DNA of 64,000 bases from the human T2T-CHM13v2.0 reference genome, Homo sapiens. The DNA lies in assembly GCA_009914755.4 (NCBI GenBank), contig CP068257.2, forward strand, positions 30,464,001 to 30,528,000, in the 5' to 3' direction. The position numbers and the translations under genes are program-made. Shown here one piece after another: positions 1 to 17,022 of this stretch (position 1 is the stretch's first letter; each line of letters opens with the position of its first letter). The notes under the pieces were generated by a model. The model had not been told where the DNA came from. It saw nothing but the letters and a program-made list of their open reading frames with translations, and searched no databases.

Positions 1-1228
1 ACTTAAAGGGATTATCTTGTCAGTTGCATGGGACTTTCTTTTGCTGTCCATGGAGATAGCTGTAGGAAGAGGGATGGAAAGGTGGAGGAGGGAGTGGGGC
101 CTGATTCTTTGATGTAGAGAGAGGTACAAGAAGAAGTAGAAGGCTTGGTTTCGATAAGAGGCATTTTAGATTTGGCCATCCCAGGGGCCCAGATGATGCA
201 GTAGTGGAGGAAGCCAATCTTGGACTCCCTCTTCTCCTCAATTCTTCCCTGGGTCATGGTGCAGCTCAGGACCTCTGAAGGCTTTGGCTGCTCTCCGTGG
301 AAGACTTTGGGACCAGTCAGCACATGGCCTATTGGCAGATTCACAAAGGGCATCTCCCATCTCACTCTGCTGTGCAAGTAAATGGTTATGAAGCCTTCAG
401 AGGTGCCACAGAGAGGCCCCAGGGCTGAAGACCATGCATGAACTCTTTTAGCATGGAAAAACACTCACGAAGGCAGTTATTAGTTATAGCACCCTATTTA
501 GAGACTTTATAAGACACAATTTTTGTTTTATCAATTTGTAGGAACATAGATCATTTACTGTTTGCTGACTATGGTTCTCCCATGAGGACCTCTCTCTCTC
601 ATGCTTCCTTCTTCCTAGTAGTTATAGAACCACTCAGACTACATTTCCCAGTTTCCCCAGTGCCTAACCATGGTCATGTGACTAAATTCCAGCAAATGGG
701 ATGCTATGGAAGTGACGTGTGTATAGCTGCCAGGGAAGCTGCTTGCCCTCCACATCTTTTATCAAGGCTAGAAGGTGAACTTGGGGTAATGAACCAGTCC
801 TAATGAGGATGTAACCAAAGGGAACGGTAGAACAGTGAAATGAAAGGAAGTTGGATCCCTGTATGACCTGCCAGATCAGAGCAGCTGCCCTCCATCCTCT
901 CTCCCGAAACTGCCCTGTTCAGCTCAAACTTTAAAGGAGAGAAAAATGAACATTCCATCTTGTTTAAGTCACTCTTATTTTCATCTCTGCTAAAGCAACT
1001 GAACCAACATATACAAACTGGATCAATAAGTAATTTGCGCTGTGATTTTGCTTACTATCATGCACATATATTGGTGTCCAAAAAACATGAGTGTGAAATC
1101 TTGTCAAAAGTTTGCTCACATGTTACCTGTTTTTTCCTGCCAACCAACACCACACACCACTTTCTCATAAAGGTCTTCTTAGATCCAGGAAGCTAACCCA
1201 GAACCCTTTAAAAATGATCATATTCTCT

Positions 1229-1545
<317 letters not shown>

Positions 1546-1875
1546 CACATCATATTCTCAAACAGCTAATAGAAAGGTCAATTCAGAGTGATTTACCTTC
1601 AGAGAGGGACCCTCAGAGAGAACCTTGTTTTGGGGAGTTGTAAGAAGCCCTGTAGGCTCTATGACCTTATATCTCAGATTTTTAGGACAATTCTAATTTA
1701 AACTATTCTGGCCCAGTTCCCACAAATGTATTTGTAAGTGTACTTGCCATGGTTTTTGTTGAGAAATGTGGTCGCAGTCCCTACGGGCCCCTCAGCTGAT
1801 TGTCATCCCTTCGTGTCATCTTGCCCTCTGGTCTTCCTCCTGCCAACTCAGGAAGGTCTAAACTCAGGGGACAGA

Positions 1876-1946
1876 GGACTGCTCCCTCTGAGCTGCTCCC
1901 CCCGAGCTGCTTCCTCTGAGCTGCTCCCTCCGAGCTGCTCCCTCTG
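1876..1946. repeat. Minisatellite-like tandem repeat of about 5 copies of a 14-bp unit, agctgctccctc(t/c)g
   Basis: Successive units are agctgctccccccg, agctgcttcctctg, agctgctccctccg and agctgctccctctg, preceded by a partial copy. Confidence 0.8.
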
Positions 1947-2008
1947 GCCCCCTCTCTGACGGACTTTTTCTATTCTAGGAACTGTACCGCACTCATTCGT
2001 AGGGAAGC

Positions 2009-2032
2009 TTTTTTTTTTTTTTTTTTTTTTTT
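2009..2032. repeat. Isolated T24 mononucleotide run
   Basis: An uninterrupted T run that is not attached to an Alu body. Confidence 0.9.
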
Positions 2033-2589
2033 CCTTTTTGGAGAAGTTAAGCTTCTTTAGAGATTAAAGTTGGTTTCCTCTAGCTTCCTTACAAACTCAC
2101 AGTGTTAAAACTGGGTCATAGAGACATAGTTGTTCCATTTTCTAACCAGACAATAGCTTCAGGCAGTGCCAGAGTTCCCCTCCTCTCTGCCCCCTTTCTG
2201 GAGCCCCAGGAAGCCGCTGAGCAAGTCCCTCCTGCTGGGAGTGGACAGACCTCCTTTGCACCTGCCCTCCTCCCTGGGCCAAGGGCACTTGCCCTTGTCA
2301 CCAGCTTAAGCTGTCGCCTTTTCCTTTGTCTCTAATTTATGCTACTGGCCTCCAGGGGGCTCCCCTCTGCTCCCGCTTCCCTCTCCTTCCCTCCTCCCCC
2401 TAGGATGCATTCTAAACAAGGGCAAGGACATTTTTTGGGGTCATGGGGCTAGGGGTGGAATTTTTGTCTGTCCTCAAGGGCTTAATGCGTTGAGACTGTC
2501 ATAGATGGTATCATCATTCAAAAATATTTTCCGGCCCTTCCTGAAGGAGAGGATAGTTCCCTACCCCCTGCCCCCCACTGACATCAGAT

Positions 2590-2880
2590 TTGACATTGTG
2601 ACTTGCTCTTGCCAAGAAATGCAAGCAGAAGTGATGTGACACATGTCACTTCCAGGAAAAAGCTTTAAGAGCTAGTGTGTGGTTTGCTGTGTGTCTTTTC
2701 TCTCTTCCACAAGATGGACAATGGTCCAGAAAGGGGCTGCTTCATCAGCCTGGATCCCAAAGAAGATAACATGAAGCAGGGATATAGTTGACCCATGACA
2801 GATGGGCAGCTTGAGCAAGAAATAAACCTCTCTGACTGTAAGTCATTGCAGGTTGGGCATGTTGTTATTGTAGCATAATC
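2590..2880 (+). mobile_element. Ancient MaLR-type LTR fragment, tentatively MLT/MST-like
   Basis: It contains tgtgacttgctcttgccaa..gcaagcagaagtgatgtgacacatgtcacttccagg and ends ...aaataaacctctctgactgtaagtcattg, which resembles ERVL-MaLR LTRs. Family assignment is from memory. Confidence 0.4.
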
Positions 2881-3125
2881 TAATCTGTCCTGACTATTTT
2901 AGAACATACATAGAAATGATCTCACACTCTTTTTCTATGAAGCTATGGTGAGTTGGGCTTGGGTTGGACATGCAAGGAGACTGCTGCATCATGAGAATAT
3001 AGTGTGGATAGATTAGTCTACCTCTGCTCTAGGCTTTAGAAAGAACCCCACCACTCCCCGCCCCCTACTCCACTCTCTTTTCTGGCCCTGGAATGACCTT
3101 AATGTTATCTGTTTCCATATGTACC

Positions 3126-3485
3126 TGTGTGTTAGTCTGTTTTCACGCTGCTGATAAAGACATACCTGAGACTGGGTAATTTATAAGGAAAAAGAGGTTT
3201 AATGGACTCACAGTTCCACGTGGCTGGGGAGGCCTCACAATCATGGCAGAAGGAGAAAGGCACGTCTTCCATGGCAGCAGACTACAGAGAACGAGAGCCA
3301 AGCAAAAGTGGAAACTCCTTATAAAACCATCAGATCTTGTGTGATTTATTCACTACCATGAGAACAGGATGAGGGAAACCACTCCCATGATTCAATTATC
3401 TCCACCTAGTTGCTCCCACATGTGAGAATTATGGGAGCTACAATTCAAGATGAGATTTGGTTGAAGACACAGCCAAACCATATCA
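3126..3485 (-). mobile_element. THE1-family (ERVL-MaLR) solo LTR
   Basis: It starts tgtgttagtctgttttcacgctgctgataaagacatacctgagactgggtaatttataa and ends gatgagatttgg..acacagccaaaccatatca. This is the reverse complement of the THE1 LTR consensus. Confidence 0.8.
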
Positions 3486-3699
3486 GCCTATTTTTATCCC
3501 TGGTCCACCTTAAGGCAGGATGCAGTCTCTCTTCCCAGGCACCAGAAAGAGGCCATTGCATTAGAAGAACTGATGATAAATATTGATTTTACTGAAGATC
3601 TCACAGGGAAGATAGAATGTTTATATCATATCCTCAATGCCAACTGCCCATGCATGTCTGTAGCAGTTCTCCATGATACAATGAGCTCTGGAGCCAAAA

Positions 3700-4485
<786 letters not shown>

Positions 4486-5159
4486 TGAACTGAAGCTTCC
4501 CCACCACAATTGAGTCCCTTGTGTATCTGGGATCTGGCGTTCATGCCCTCCTCTCTCTCTTCCCTCCTACACTCCCCCTCCACCACCCCAACCACAAGCC
4601 CACATATCTCTAGCTCTCAACCATCCTACCTTGGAGACATTACTTGCAGAGAATAGCCTGCAATGCTGTGAAGTTCCCTCCCAGGGAGAAAGAGGTCATC
4701 TTGAGAACTTATATCCCACAGCCCCCAGTCTCCCATGCTGGGACCTTCTCACCTCTTCTGTCCTGGCAAGCAGCCAAGTGTGGCTCAGAGGCTGAGCAGA
4801 GGGAAAGATGTTGGCCCTTTGCTCCTCAGCATCAGTGGGCTTAAGTGCGGGCACAATCCAGACCTGGAGTGTTTGCATTTGAAGGCTTAGTTCTACTCGA
4901 ATGAAACTCTGGTTCAAGGCCTTCCAGGCCAATGAAAAATTCCAGCCAACTGAGACCAAGCAAATGTGGCTGTATCCACATATTCAGAGCCAGGCCTTGG
5001 GCAGGGCAGGTGACAAGGAGCATGTCATTTGGGGGAACCTAGCACTGAGTGAAATCATCACAGTTAATTCTTTACTAGCTGTGTCAGAATTTCGGCTCAT
5101 TTTAATCTTGGTGTTCAATGAACACCCTGAGGTCTTCCTCATGAGTCCCCTGCATTCTG

Positions 5160-5470
5160 ATGAAATTGCCTTTAGTGTCTTAGGAGGCCGTGTGGTTCAG
5201 AGCATGGGTGTGGAGTTGAGAGATGTCCATTCCACTCCAGGTTTCACCCTAAAAAGCAGTGTGAGGTGGAACGAGTTATTCTGAGGCTCAATTTTTTCAT
5301 CTATAAAATGATCATTATTATTATCACCGTCACCATCATAATCATCAATTGCCCTGCCCCCTGCCTCACAGTCTTACTAGGGTTCAACAGGATAAGCTAT
5401 GTAAAATGTTCGGCCCAGGGCCTGGGACCTGTTTTTCCTGCTTCTGCTGTTGTTATTGTTACTATTATTA
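5160..5470 (+). mobile_element. MIR SINE fragment
   Basis: It contains ggttcagagcatggg..tccaggtttcaccc and ctcaattttttcatctataaaatg...ctcacagtcttactagggttcaacaggataagctatgtaaaatgttcggcccagggcctgg. Confidence 0.55.
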
Positions 5471-5889
5471 TTGTTTCAGGTCACCTGGCCCTCCAGGGCC
5501 TCTTTGTAACTCTTATAAAATGATCTCTGACACTCTGAGCCTGTTTTTATTTGGAATCTTAGGGGAAAAAAGCATTTGTGAGGTCCAGGATTTAATCTTG
5601 TTTGTCCTCGGGGCATGTGGCTATTAACAAGGGTTGTTTACGGAGGGTCTGTCCATCCTGCTGAGCTTGTGTGATCCTCACAGTGGCCCTGCAAGGTCAG
5701 CATTATTATTTCCATTTCATGAATGAAGAAGAGGCCCAGGGAGGTTGAAACACTTGCTCAAATTCACACATCCAGAAAGGAGCAGGATTGGAGTAGGAAC
5801 CTGCGTCTGATTCATTTTGCAAACACTTTTCTAGCACTTTCTATGCTCCTAGCACTGTTTCAAGTACTTTTTAAATAAGAATTAATTGA

Positions 5890-6050
5890 TGTCATCCTCT
5901 TAACAACCCTATGAGGTAGGTGCCGTGACTGCCCCCTTGTGTAGATGAGGAAACTAAGGCACAAAGAGGTTAAGCCACTTGCCCAAAGTCACACAGGTTT
6001 GCATGGCAGTGACAAATTCACTTCGGCAGCCTGGCCCCAGCTGCCCCTCA
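5890..6050 (-). mobile_element. MIR SINE fragment
   Basis: It contains agatgaggaaactaaggcacaaagaggttaagccacttgcccaaagtcacacag, which is the reverse-complement MIR core. Confidence 0.55.
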
Positions 6051-7815
6051 AGGCTGTTCTTTCCCATACACGTCACTGTCTCTCACAGGGCTCCCGCTTT
6101 TTCAGTGGGTACATAAGCCTGCCTTCCTGGCACAGACATAGACCCCCTTCCCTGGTCCCCTTCGAGCCTCTTAAAAGGGGAGCCGCTGTTCTGCATTCAT
6201 CCTCCATGACCGTGGCCTCTTCTGCTTCCTCCTCAGAAGCCAGTGGGTTTGTTCTGCAAATTGCTAGTCAGAGGAGGCCAGGCATTGTTTAGGCTGCTGG
6301 TGGTGAGGGTCAGTGCCAGCTACTGGACCAGAGCCAGACCTGCCCCCGTGCCAAACCCACCGCAGGGAGGCCTGCTGCACCTCCTCCTGGGAGGTCTCCC
6401 TAGGGCATCACCTGAGAGCATGCAAAACAAAAGCCACACAACCAAACCATTTTTCCAAGGAGGGCCTGCTTGCCCAACACAGTAAAATCCAACTCCTATT
6501 GGCCTGTATTCCAGTAGATGCATTCAGTGTGTCCCTTGGCAAAATAATGTGGTAATTGCTGTAAGAGACTGCCCGCTGCCTTCCCCAGTGGATGCTCTAT
6601 CCTTCACCAGTGCTCATGAGCATTTGTGGAGGGGTCCTCTTCCATGGCCAGCCAACAGCCCCACTTCTGCACCCTGGCTCATACCATTCAGAGTCTGCAC
6701 CCTGGACTGACTTAGACTAGCAAAAGATTTTAATCAACTGGTTCCATCTCCCCAGCCCACACGGATATCTGGGGACTCCTAAAAACACCATCTCTGCCTG
6801 AAGAAATTTCCCTAGCATCTGCTAAAGCAGGCTAGCAAAGAGGAATGGGGGCTTACTCCATCTTTTAACAAATTGACTTATTAGGAAGCGTTCTCACATC
6901 CTGAGTCAAATCTACTGTATTAAAATTTTCTCCCATTCTCTTCGTGCATGTTCTGGAGTAACAAGATCAAGACTGCTTTCTCCTCTACATGACAGCCCTT
7001 TAATATTTAAAAGCAGCTGTTCTTTTTCTTCAGTCTCTAATTCCCTAGGCTAAATATATCCAGTTCTTCCATCTGTTATTCCAACAGGATGGTTCAGAAT
7101 TCCTCACCATTCGGGCTGTCCTGATAGGAGAACTCTCAAGATTGCCAATATCCCCTTTAAAATGAGGCCCCAGGAACTGAACCCACTGTCAGAGCTGACT
7201 GTCATCTGAGTTCCCTGGGCGTGAGCTGCATTTATTTTCCTTAAGAGCCAGGTTGCCCGGTTGGCTCACTCCAATCTGCTCTTCTCACATAAGCTGCTGC
7301 TGGTTATGTTTCTCCCACATTCTAAACTTGGACAAGAGAGTTTTTAGATCTAAATGCAGGCTTTTATATTGATGACTATTTAAAATCCTCTTAATCCCTT
7401 TTAAAGGAAATTCTAGTCAAATTCAACATGTTCCCATATCAACGGCATTATTCTATCTTTTCCACTTCATATTATCTTCAAATCTAAAAAAAAATTTCCC
7501 TTCACACATTTGCCCAAGAAAAATATTGAAAAATTCTGCCAGAGCACCTGGGTTACCCACTGAAGAGAATTCTCCAGAAGAAGGTCAACTGAAGAGATGG
7601 CCTGCCATGCTAATCATAAACAAATTCTAAGCAGATGGCTTGGAAATTCGTTAGAAAATGGATGATGTGATCACCATCAGTCAATCAGCTGGTTAATTCA
7701 ACCAGCTATTAATACTCTGAATAACATTCCATCTCACCCACAAACGTATCATGGTAGACTTTGTCAAATGCCTCATGGAAATCAAATCATGTCAAGGATC
7801 AGTCTCCTGACTTTA

Positions 7816-8214
<399 letters not shown>

Positions 8215-9594
8215 TCATTTGTCCACAAACCATCTGTTTCCTACTCAAGTCCAATGGGAGTATTTTATCCCCTTGCCCCATTGATTGAGTCAGAGATGGG
8301 CATGACTCAAGCCAGAAGAATCAGAGTCAATCCAGAAACTTGTACTGGAACTATTTGGAAAGAATCTTCTTTCCACTGAAATTGCTAAGGTTGGAGGATA
8401 TAAGCCTGGGGATGTCAAGAGCCATCACATGAGATGGCTGAGAAGGGAGTCAATAGAGAAGCTAGCAGAGAAACTGGCTGGGATGCTACTAAGTCCTCAT
8501 GGTGATATCTGACACCTGATCTAAATGTGCCTGAAAATAGAACCCCCATTTGGATTTTTCAGTTACAGGAGCCAATAATTCCCCCATTTTTGCCAAGCCT
8601 CAATCTTTTTGAAATTTGCATCTAGGCCATTTTTTCAACCCCTGCCCCAAATATATCCATAGCTGTCCCTCTAAGCACGGCTTCAGCTTCCACAAGCTCC
8701 AATATGTCACAACTTCATTAATTTTTAGTTCAGTATATTTTCTAATGTCCATGGGGATTTCTTATTAGACCCATGGATTATTTAGAAGGGTGCTGCTTAA
8801 TTTCCAAGCATCTAGGGCTTTTCTAGATATCTTTTGTTATTATTTCCAGGGCTCACCGGTCTGTAAATATATGCACAGGATCTCATTTCCCTTGAGGTCT
8901 TCCTCAGTGAGGATTCTGCGGACTCCACATGGGTATCTTCCTTATGGTTCCTCATGTGATCATGACAGAGTTCATCTCCTCAGTGCCACCTTGGTCCCAC
9001 CACATCCTTCTCAGATTTTCAGTATAGTGTGGTATTTGCTATCTCCCTTGGAAGCAAGGCCTCTGGAGCCCTCTAAATGTAAAGCTGCACCTCATTTAAT
9101 AGTGGAGGGAGAAGAATGTCCTTAGTAGACATATTTAGTTTGTCCATCCAGCAGCTCTTCCTTGGAGGAACTATGCTTCCTCTCTTCCATATAGTTCTAG
9201 TGGGTTTGTCAATCACTGTAAAGCCCCTCCCCACCACACATGCAGAAATGGGCATGTGACTCAAAATGGCCAATCAGAGTTTTCCTTAGGAATTTTCTGC
9301 CCAGCTATCAAAGAAGACTGTCTTTTTCAACTGCAAGGTTATGTGTGGAGGGTTTCTAGGGGCCACCGTCACAGCCCATCAGAAAGGTCTGCAGAAGAAA
9401 TAAAGTCAAATTGAGACAAGCAAAGCTGAGAAACAAAAGGTAAGATAGAAAAGAAACCTGCTAACATTGTTAGAGCCTTCCATCCACTGGAAACTTGAAC
9501 CTCTCCTATGCTTTCCACTTTCATGAACTTGCAAGTTTCCCTTTGGCTTGTTTTAACTTGGGCAGTGGTCTGTCACATAAATCCAAAAGAGCCC

Positions 9595-10045
9595 TATATT
9601 GCTTGTAAAGGGTTGAATGGTGGCCCCCCAAAATGTATGTCTATGTTCTAATCCCCAGAACCTCTGAATGCGTCCTTATTTGGAAAAAGGGTATTTGCAG
9701 ATGGAATTAAGTTAAGCATCTGGAGATGAGATCATCCTGAATTACCTGAGTTGACCCTAAGTCCAATGGCAAGTATCCTTATAAGAGACACACAGGAGAG
9801 ACAGGGGAAGACGGCCGGGTGAAGATGGAGGCAGAGACTGGAGTTATGCAGCCACAAGCCTAGGAACACTGGCATCTGTCAAGTTGGAAGGGGCAAAGAA
9901 CAATATCTCCCTTAGAGCCTCCTGAGGGAGTGCAGCTCTGCCGACACCTTGACTCCTGGCCTCCAGAACTATGAGAGAACAAATTTCTATTGTTTGAAGC
10001 CCCCAAGTCTGTGGGAATTTGTCAGCAGCCTCAGGAAACTAACAC
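9595..10045 (+). mobile_element. MLT1-type (ERVL-MaLR) solo LTR
   Basis: It contains ccccagaacctctgaatgcgtccttatttggaaaaagggtatttgcagatggaattaagttaag...cttataagaga...ctccagaactatgagagaacaaatttctattgtttgaagcccccaagtctgtgggaatttgtcagcagcctcaggaaactaacac. Confidence 0.6.
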
Positions 10046-10111
10046 GTTGTTCCACTTTTGTATCAGCTGAGGGGAGGGTTATTTGGCCCTGATGTCTTCT
10101 GAGGCAGACTG

Positions 10112-10608
10112 GTACCTGTCCGTGGCCTGTTATGAACCAGGGCTGCACAGCAGGAAGTGAGCAGTGGGTGAGCAAGTGAAGCTTCATCTGTATTTACAGC
10201 CACTCTTCATCACTCACATCACTGCCTGAGCTCTGCTTCCTGTCAGATTAGCAGCATTAGATTCTCACGGGAGCACGAACCCTATTGTGAACTGTGCATG
10301 CGAGGGATTTAGGTTGCACGCTCCTTATGAGAATCTAATGCCTGATGATCTGTCACTGTCTCCCATCACCCCCAGATGAAACCGTCTAGTTTCAGGAAAA
10401 CAAGCTCAAGCTCCCATTGATTCTACATTATGACGAGTTGTGTAATTGTTTCATTATATATTACAATGTACTAATATTAGAAATAAAGTGCGCAATAAAT
10501 ATAAGGCACTTGAATCATCCTGAAACCATTCGCCCCCAACCCCTGGTCCATGGAAAAATTGTCTTCCATGAAACCAGTCCCTGGTGCCAAAAAGGTTGGG
10601 GACTGCTG
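10112..10608 (+). mobile_element. DNA-transposon relic of unresolved family, with a terminal-inverted-repeat-like end
   Basis: Internally it reads attagattctcac..gaaccctattgtgaactgtgcatgcgagggatttaggttgcacgctccttatgagaatctaatgcctgatgatc. Its terminus is gtccatggaaaaattgtcttccatgaaaccagtccctggtgccaaaaaggttggggactgctg. I recognise this as a common human DNA-transposon end but cannot name the family with confidence. Confidence 0.45.
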
Positions 10609-11594
10609 TTCTAAGGCTTCAGATAATAAAGACGGATACGGGACATACCACGCTATATTCCAGATTCCCTATCCGCTCTGACAACCAGTTTCCTAGCTGG
10701 CTTGGTGTGGGCATGCCTACCACGTTCTTCACTCAGAATGAGTTATCTCCTGGGAGATATCACAATCCCCTTACAAATGGACTCCTGATGAGTCCATCAC
10801 CTGTCACACACACACACTTTGCCATAGGGTAATGTTAATATCTCAAGCATTAGAGTCAGTGAGGCCAAAATTAGAATTCTACATCTGCTAATTCCTGTGA
10901 GACAGTGGAGACAAATTGGTTTACATTTCCAGGTCCCAACTTTCTCAGCTTGCAAATTAGGAATCTCTAGCTCACAGGGTATTATAAATGTTAGGTAATC
11001 CACACAAAGCACAGAGCAGTCCATGGTCCATCTTCTCAGCAAATGCAAGCTAGGGTATGTTGCTAGATATTTTTAAAACCTGGCTTTGGGCTTTTTTCAG
11101 ATATTGAGCAGCAATATGTTCAGGAAAGGTGTACGAAGCTTCATTGGGGTGAGTCATGATTTGCAAAGGATGGTTTAGGATTGGGCATAGGATCTCGTTT
11201 GGGCCAATGAGATGAGAGGGGAAATTTTTGCTGGGCTTTTCTGGGGAAAAATAATTTTAAAAAATTAGACACACAAAGAGACACCCACTCAGACTTTGTG
11301 TTTTGGACGCTGTGATGTGAAGATACAGTGCATAGAGTGCTGGCAGCCATCCTGTGGCCATGAGGCAAAAGCCCAGAAAATTTCAGTGAGCAGTCATAGA
11401 GCCTTGATATCAATAAGCTGCTAAATTCACCGATTCTGCAAATCTAGGCCTCCAGAACTCTTAATGTGTGAGGTCATGAACTCCGAATGTCTATGCCACT
11501 TTTGCAGCTGATAGCCTCCTGAAATGTTCCTCAAGGACTTTGTGTGTTGTACAGTTGTTTTTGTTAGTGATGCAGTGTTTTTAGGCTAAGCGAG

Positions 11595-11955
11595 TGTATT
11601 AGTCTGTTCTCACGCTGCTAATAAAGACATACTCGAGACTGGATACTTTATAAAGAAAAAGAGGTTTAATGGACTCACAGTTGCATGAGGCTGGGAGGCC
11701 TCACAATCATGGTGGAAGGTGAAAGGCACATCTTACATGACAGCAGGCAAGACAGAATGAGAGCCAAGCAAAAAGGGTTTCCCTTTATAAAACCATCAGA
11801 TCTCGTGAGACTTATTCCCCACCATGAGAACAGTGTCGGGGAAACCATCCTAATGATTCAATTATCTCCCACTGGGTCCCTCCCACAACACGTGGAAATT
11901 ATAGGAGCTACAGTTCAAGATGAGATTTGGGTGGGGATGCAGCCAAACCATATCA
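11595..11955 (-). mobile_element. THE1-family (ERVL-MaLR) solo LTR
   Basis: It starts tgtattagtctgttctcacgctgctaataaagacatactcgagactgg and ends gatgagatttgggtggggatgcagccaaaccatatca. Confidence 0.8.
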
Positions 11956-13468
11956 GTGAGCAACACCTTAAAGTGGTTTCATGACACCTATTACCATTTA
12001 TGATTCTCTCCTCAGTGTAAAACCAAATAAAGTTTCATCCTCAGGGTTCTGCCTTCTGTTGCAACATTTTCACATCACCTGGGGAAAAACACCCTTTTTA
12101 ACCAAATTTATTTGCCCCACAAATCTCAACACATGGGTGATCAATGTCAGCATTGGAAATGTTTTTCACATTAAAATTCAAGCACAACATTTGCTCCATC
12201 TGGGGACAGAGTGAGCAGGTAAACAACTTTGAAAACTATGTACCATGTGAGATACAGGGGCTTGGGTGTCTGGACCCTGAATCCTGTTCAGCTCTGACAG
12301 TGAGCTTTGTTTCATTTGTTTTCACTCTCCCCTACATTAGTTCTCTTGAACAGCGGCCAGGTTCTTCCTTCCTCCTCTCAGCAACAGGCAGGCCTCCCTG
12401 AAAGAGCTCAAGATCCAGGCTGCGGGGTGACTAATAGTCACTAATTTAAAGAGGAGAATCCTCTTGCTCTTTGGTGCATAAATTCTGTCTACTCTGCCTA
12501 ATGCAATCACTAAGGGGTCACTCTCCCTGCCTCCTAGGAAAACACAAGGAATATGTTCTACTAGAGTAACAGTTAACCCTTAACAGCCACATCGAATATT
12601 AAGAGGGTTTAAACTAAAGGATGCTACGGCACAAATGCCAACTTTTCAGAGAACCCTTCCCTTGACCACATAATTACAAAAGAACTCTGATCATTCTCTG
12701 GTTCCTTACCTGACCCTTTTCTGAAGTCACATTTACCAAAGTATAATTTATATACAGTAACATTCACCCTTTAGGTGTACAGTTCTCTCTTAGTGTTGGG
12801 CAGCTATGCAGACCCCACTGCAATCCATCTGGAGAACTTCCTGTACACCAAAATGTTCCCTTGCACCCCTTGGTAGAGAATCCCTTCCTCCATTCTAAGT
12901 CCTTAAAAACCACCGATCTGATCTCTGTCCCTCTGCTATTGCCTTTTCCTGAATGTCACATAAAAGGAATCACATGGTATGTAGCCTTTGTGAATTGCTT
13001 CTTTCACTTAGCACAATGCTTTTGAGATTCATCTGTGCCGTGTGTATCCACGGTTCATTCCATTTAGTGCTGGGTAGTATTCTTTTACATGGTGATACCA
13101 TAGCGTGTTTAACTGTTCATGTATTGAAAAGCATTTTAATTGCTTCCAGTTTTGGTTTTGTTTCCTAATAATGATTGTTTCCAAGCTGCTATGAAGAATC
13201 ATGTACAGGTTTTTGTGCTCATACATTTTTATTTATTTGGGAGAAATGCCCAAGAGTGCAACTGCCAAGTCATAGGGTAAATGTTTGTTTTTTTTCCAAA
13301 AATTGCCAAACTATATTCCAAAGTGGCTGACTACTTTATGTTAATTTTAATAAAGACCAATTTATTGATAATTTATTTTATGGATCAAGCTTTTGATGTC
13401 ATGTCCAAGAGCTCTACCTAAGCCTAGGTCACAGATATCTTCTCCCACGTACTCTTCTAAAAGTTTTA

Positions 13469-13784
13469 GGCTGGGCTTGGTGGCTCATGCCTGTAATCCC
13501 AGCACGTTGAGAGGGGGAAGCAGGCGGATCACCTGAGGTCAGGAGTTCGAGACAAGCCTGGCCAACATGGTGAAACCTGTCTCTACTAAAAATACAAAAA
13601 ATTAGTCCGATGTGGTGGCACACGCCTGTAATCCCAGTTACTCAGGAGGCTAAGGCAGGAGAATCGCTTGAACCCGGAAGGTGGAGGTTGCAGTGAGCCC
13701 AGTGAGCCGAGATCACGCGACTGCATTCCACCCGGGGTGACACAGCAAGATTCCATCTCAAAAACAAATACAATTAAATTAAAA
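13469..13784 (+). mobile_element. Alu SINE nested in the L1
   Basis: It begins ggctgggcttggtggctcatgcctgtaatcccagcacgttgagagg and ends ctcaaaaacaaatacaattaaattaaaa. The target-site duplication is aaaagtttta / aaaacggtttta. Confidence 0.9.
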
Positions 13785-13951
13785 CGGTTTTAAAATATTA
13801 CACTTTACACTTAGATCTATGATTCATTTTGAGTTAATTTTTTGTACGTGATGTTTAGGTTGATGTTCTTTTTTTTTTTCTTATAAATGTCCAGTTGTTT
13901 AAAAACCATTCATTCTCTTTTCTCCATTGAATTGCCTATGCATCTTTATCA

Positions 13952-15848
<1,897 letters not shown>

Positions 15849-16684
15849 AAAATCACTTGGTCATATTTACATGGGCCTATTTCTGGACTCTGTGTTCTGT
15901 TCCATTGATCTATATGCTCATCTCTTCACCAATACCACAGCATTATTTCTCTAAATTTGTATTTCTTTTTAAAAATTGTTTTTGCTATTCAAGTTCCTTT
16001 TGCTTGCCATATAAATTTTAGAGTCCAAGTTACAAAAAATCCTCCTGTGATTTGGATGGAAAGTGTGTTAATTCTATAGGTGAATTTAAAGAGAATTGAC
16101 ATCTTTGCTATGTGAAGGCTTTCAATCCATGAACATAGTTTATCTTTATTTATTTGCTTCTTCTTTGATTTTTGCTACCAGGATTTTTTTTTTTTTTTTT
16201 GTAACTCTCAACATAAAGACTCTGTGCAACTTTTGTTAAGTTTCTGTTGTAGTATTTTATTTTGTGGAGGAGGAGCTATTGTAAATTTTCTTGACTTTTA
16301 AATTTCAGTTTCCAATTGTACATTGCTAGGATATAGAAATATGATTGATTTTTGTGTGTGTTGACCTTGTATCCCACAACCTTACTAAGCTCGGTTAATT
16401 TTTCTAGGTTATTAATAGATTCCTTGGGGTCTTCTATGTAGACAATCATGGTGTCTGCTAGTAGGGATGGTTTTCTCTCTTACTTTCCAATCTGGGTGTG
16501 TATTATTTCGTTTCTTGCCTCACTGCACTGCCTAGAGCCCCCAAAATAATGTTGAATAGGAGTAGTAAGAGAGGACAACCTTGTTCTCAACCTTAGGGGA
16601 AAAGCATCCCCTTTCATCATTAAGTGTAATGTTAGCTGTAGGTTTTTGTAAATACCACTTACCAGGTAAAAGAAGGACTCTTCT

Positions 16685-17022
<338 letters not shown>

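Noticed and set aside
12-464. ORF of 150 aa on the minus strand at the window start
   Set aside because: It has no recognisable protein family, no start or splice context I can verify, and overlapping ORFs in other frames. I cannot support it as coding. It might be tested by BLAST, but I do not report it as a feature.
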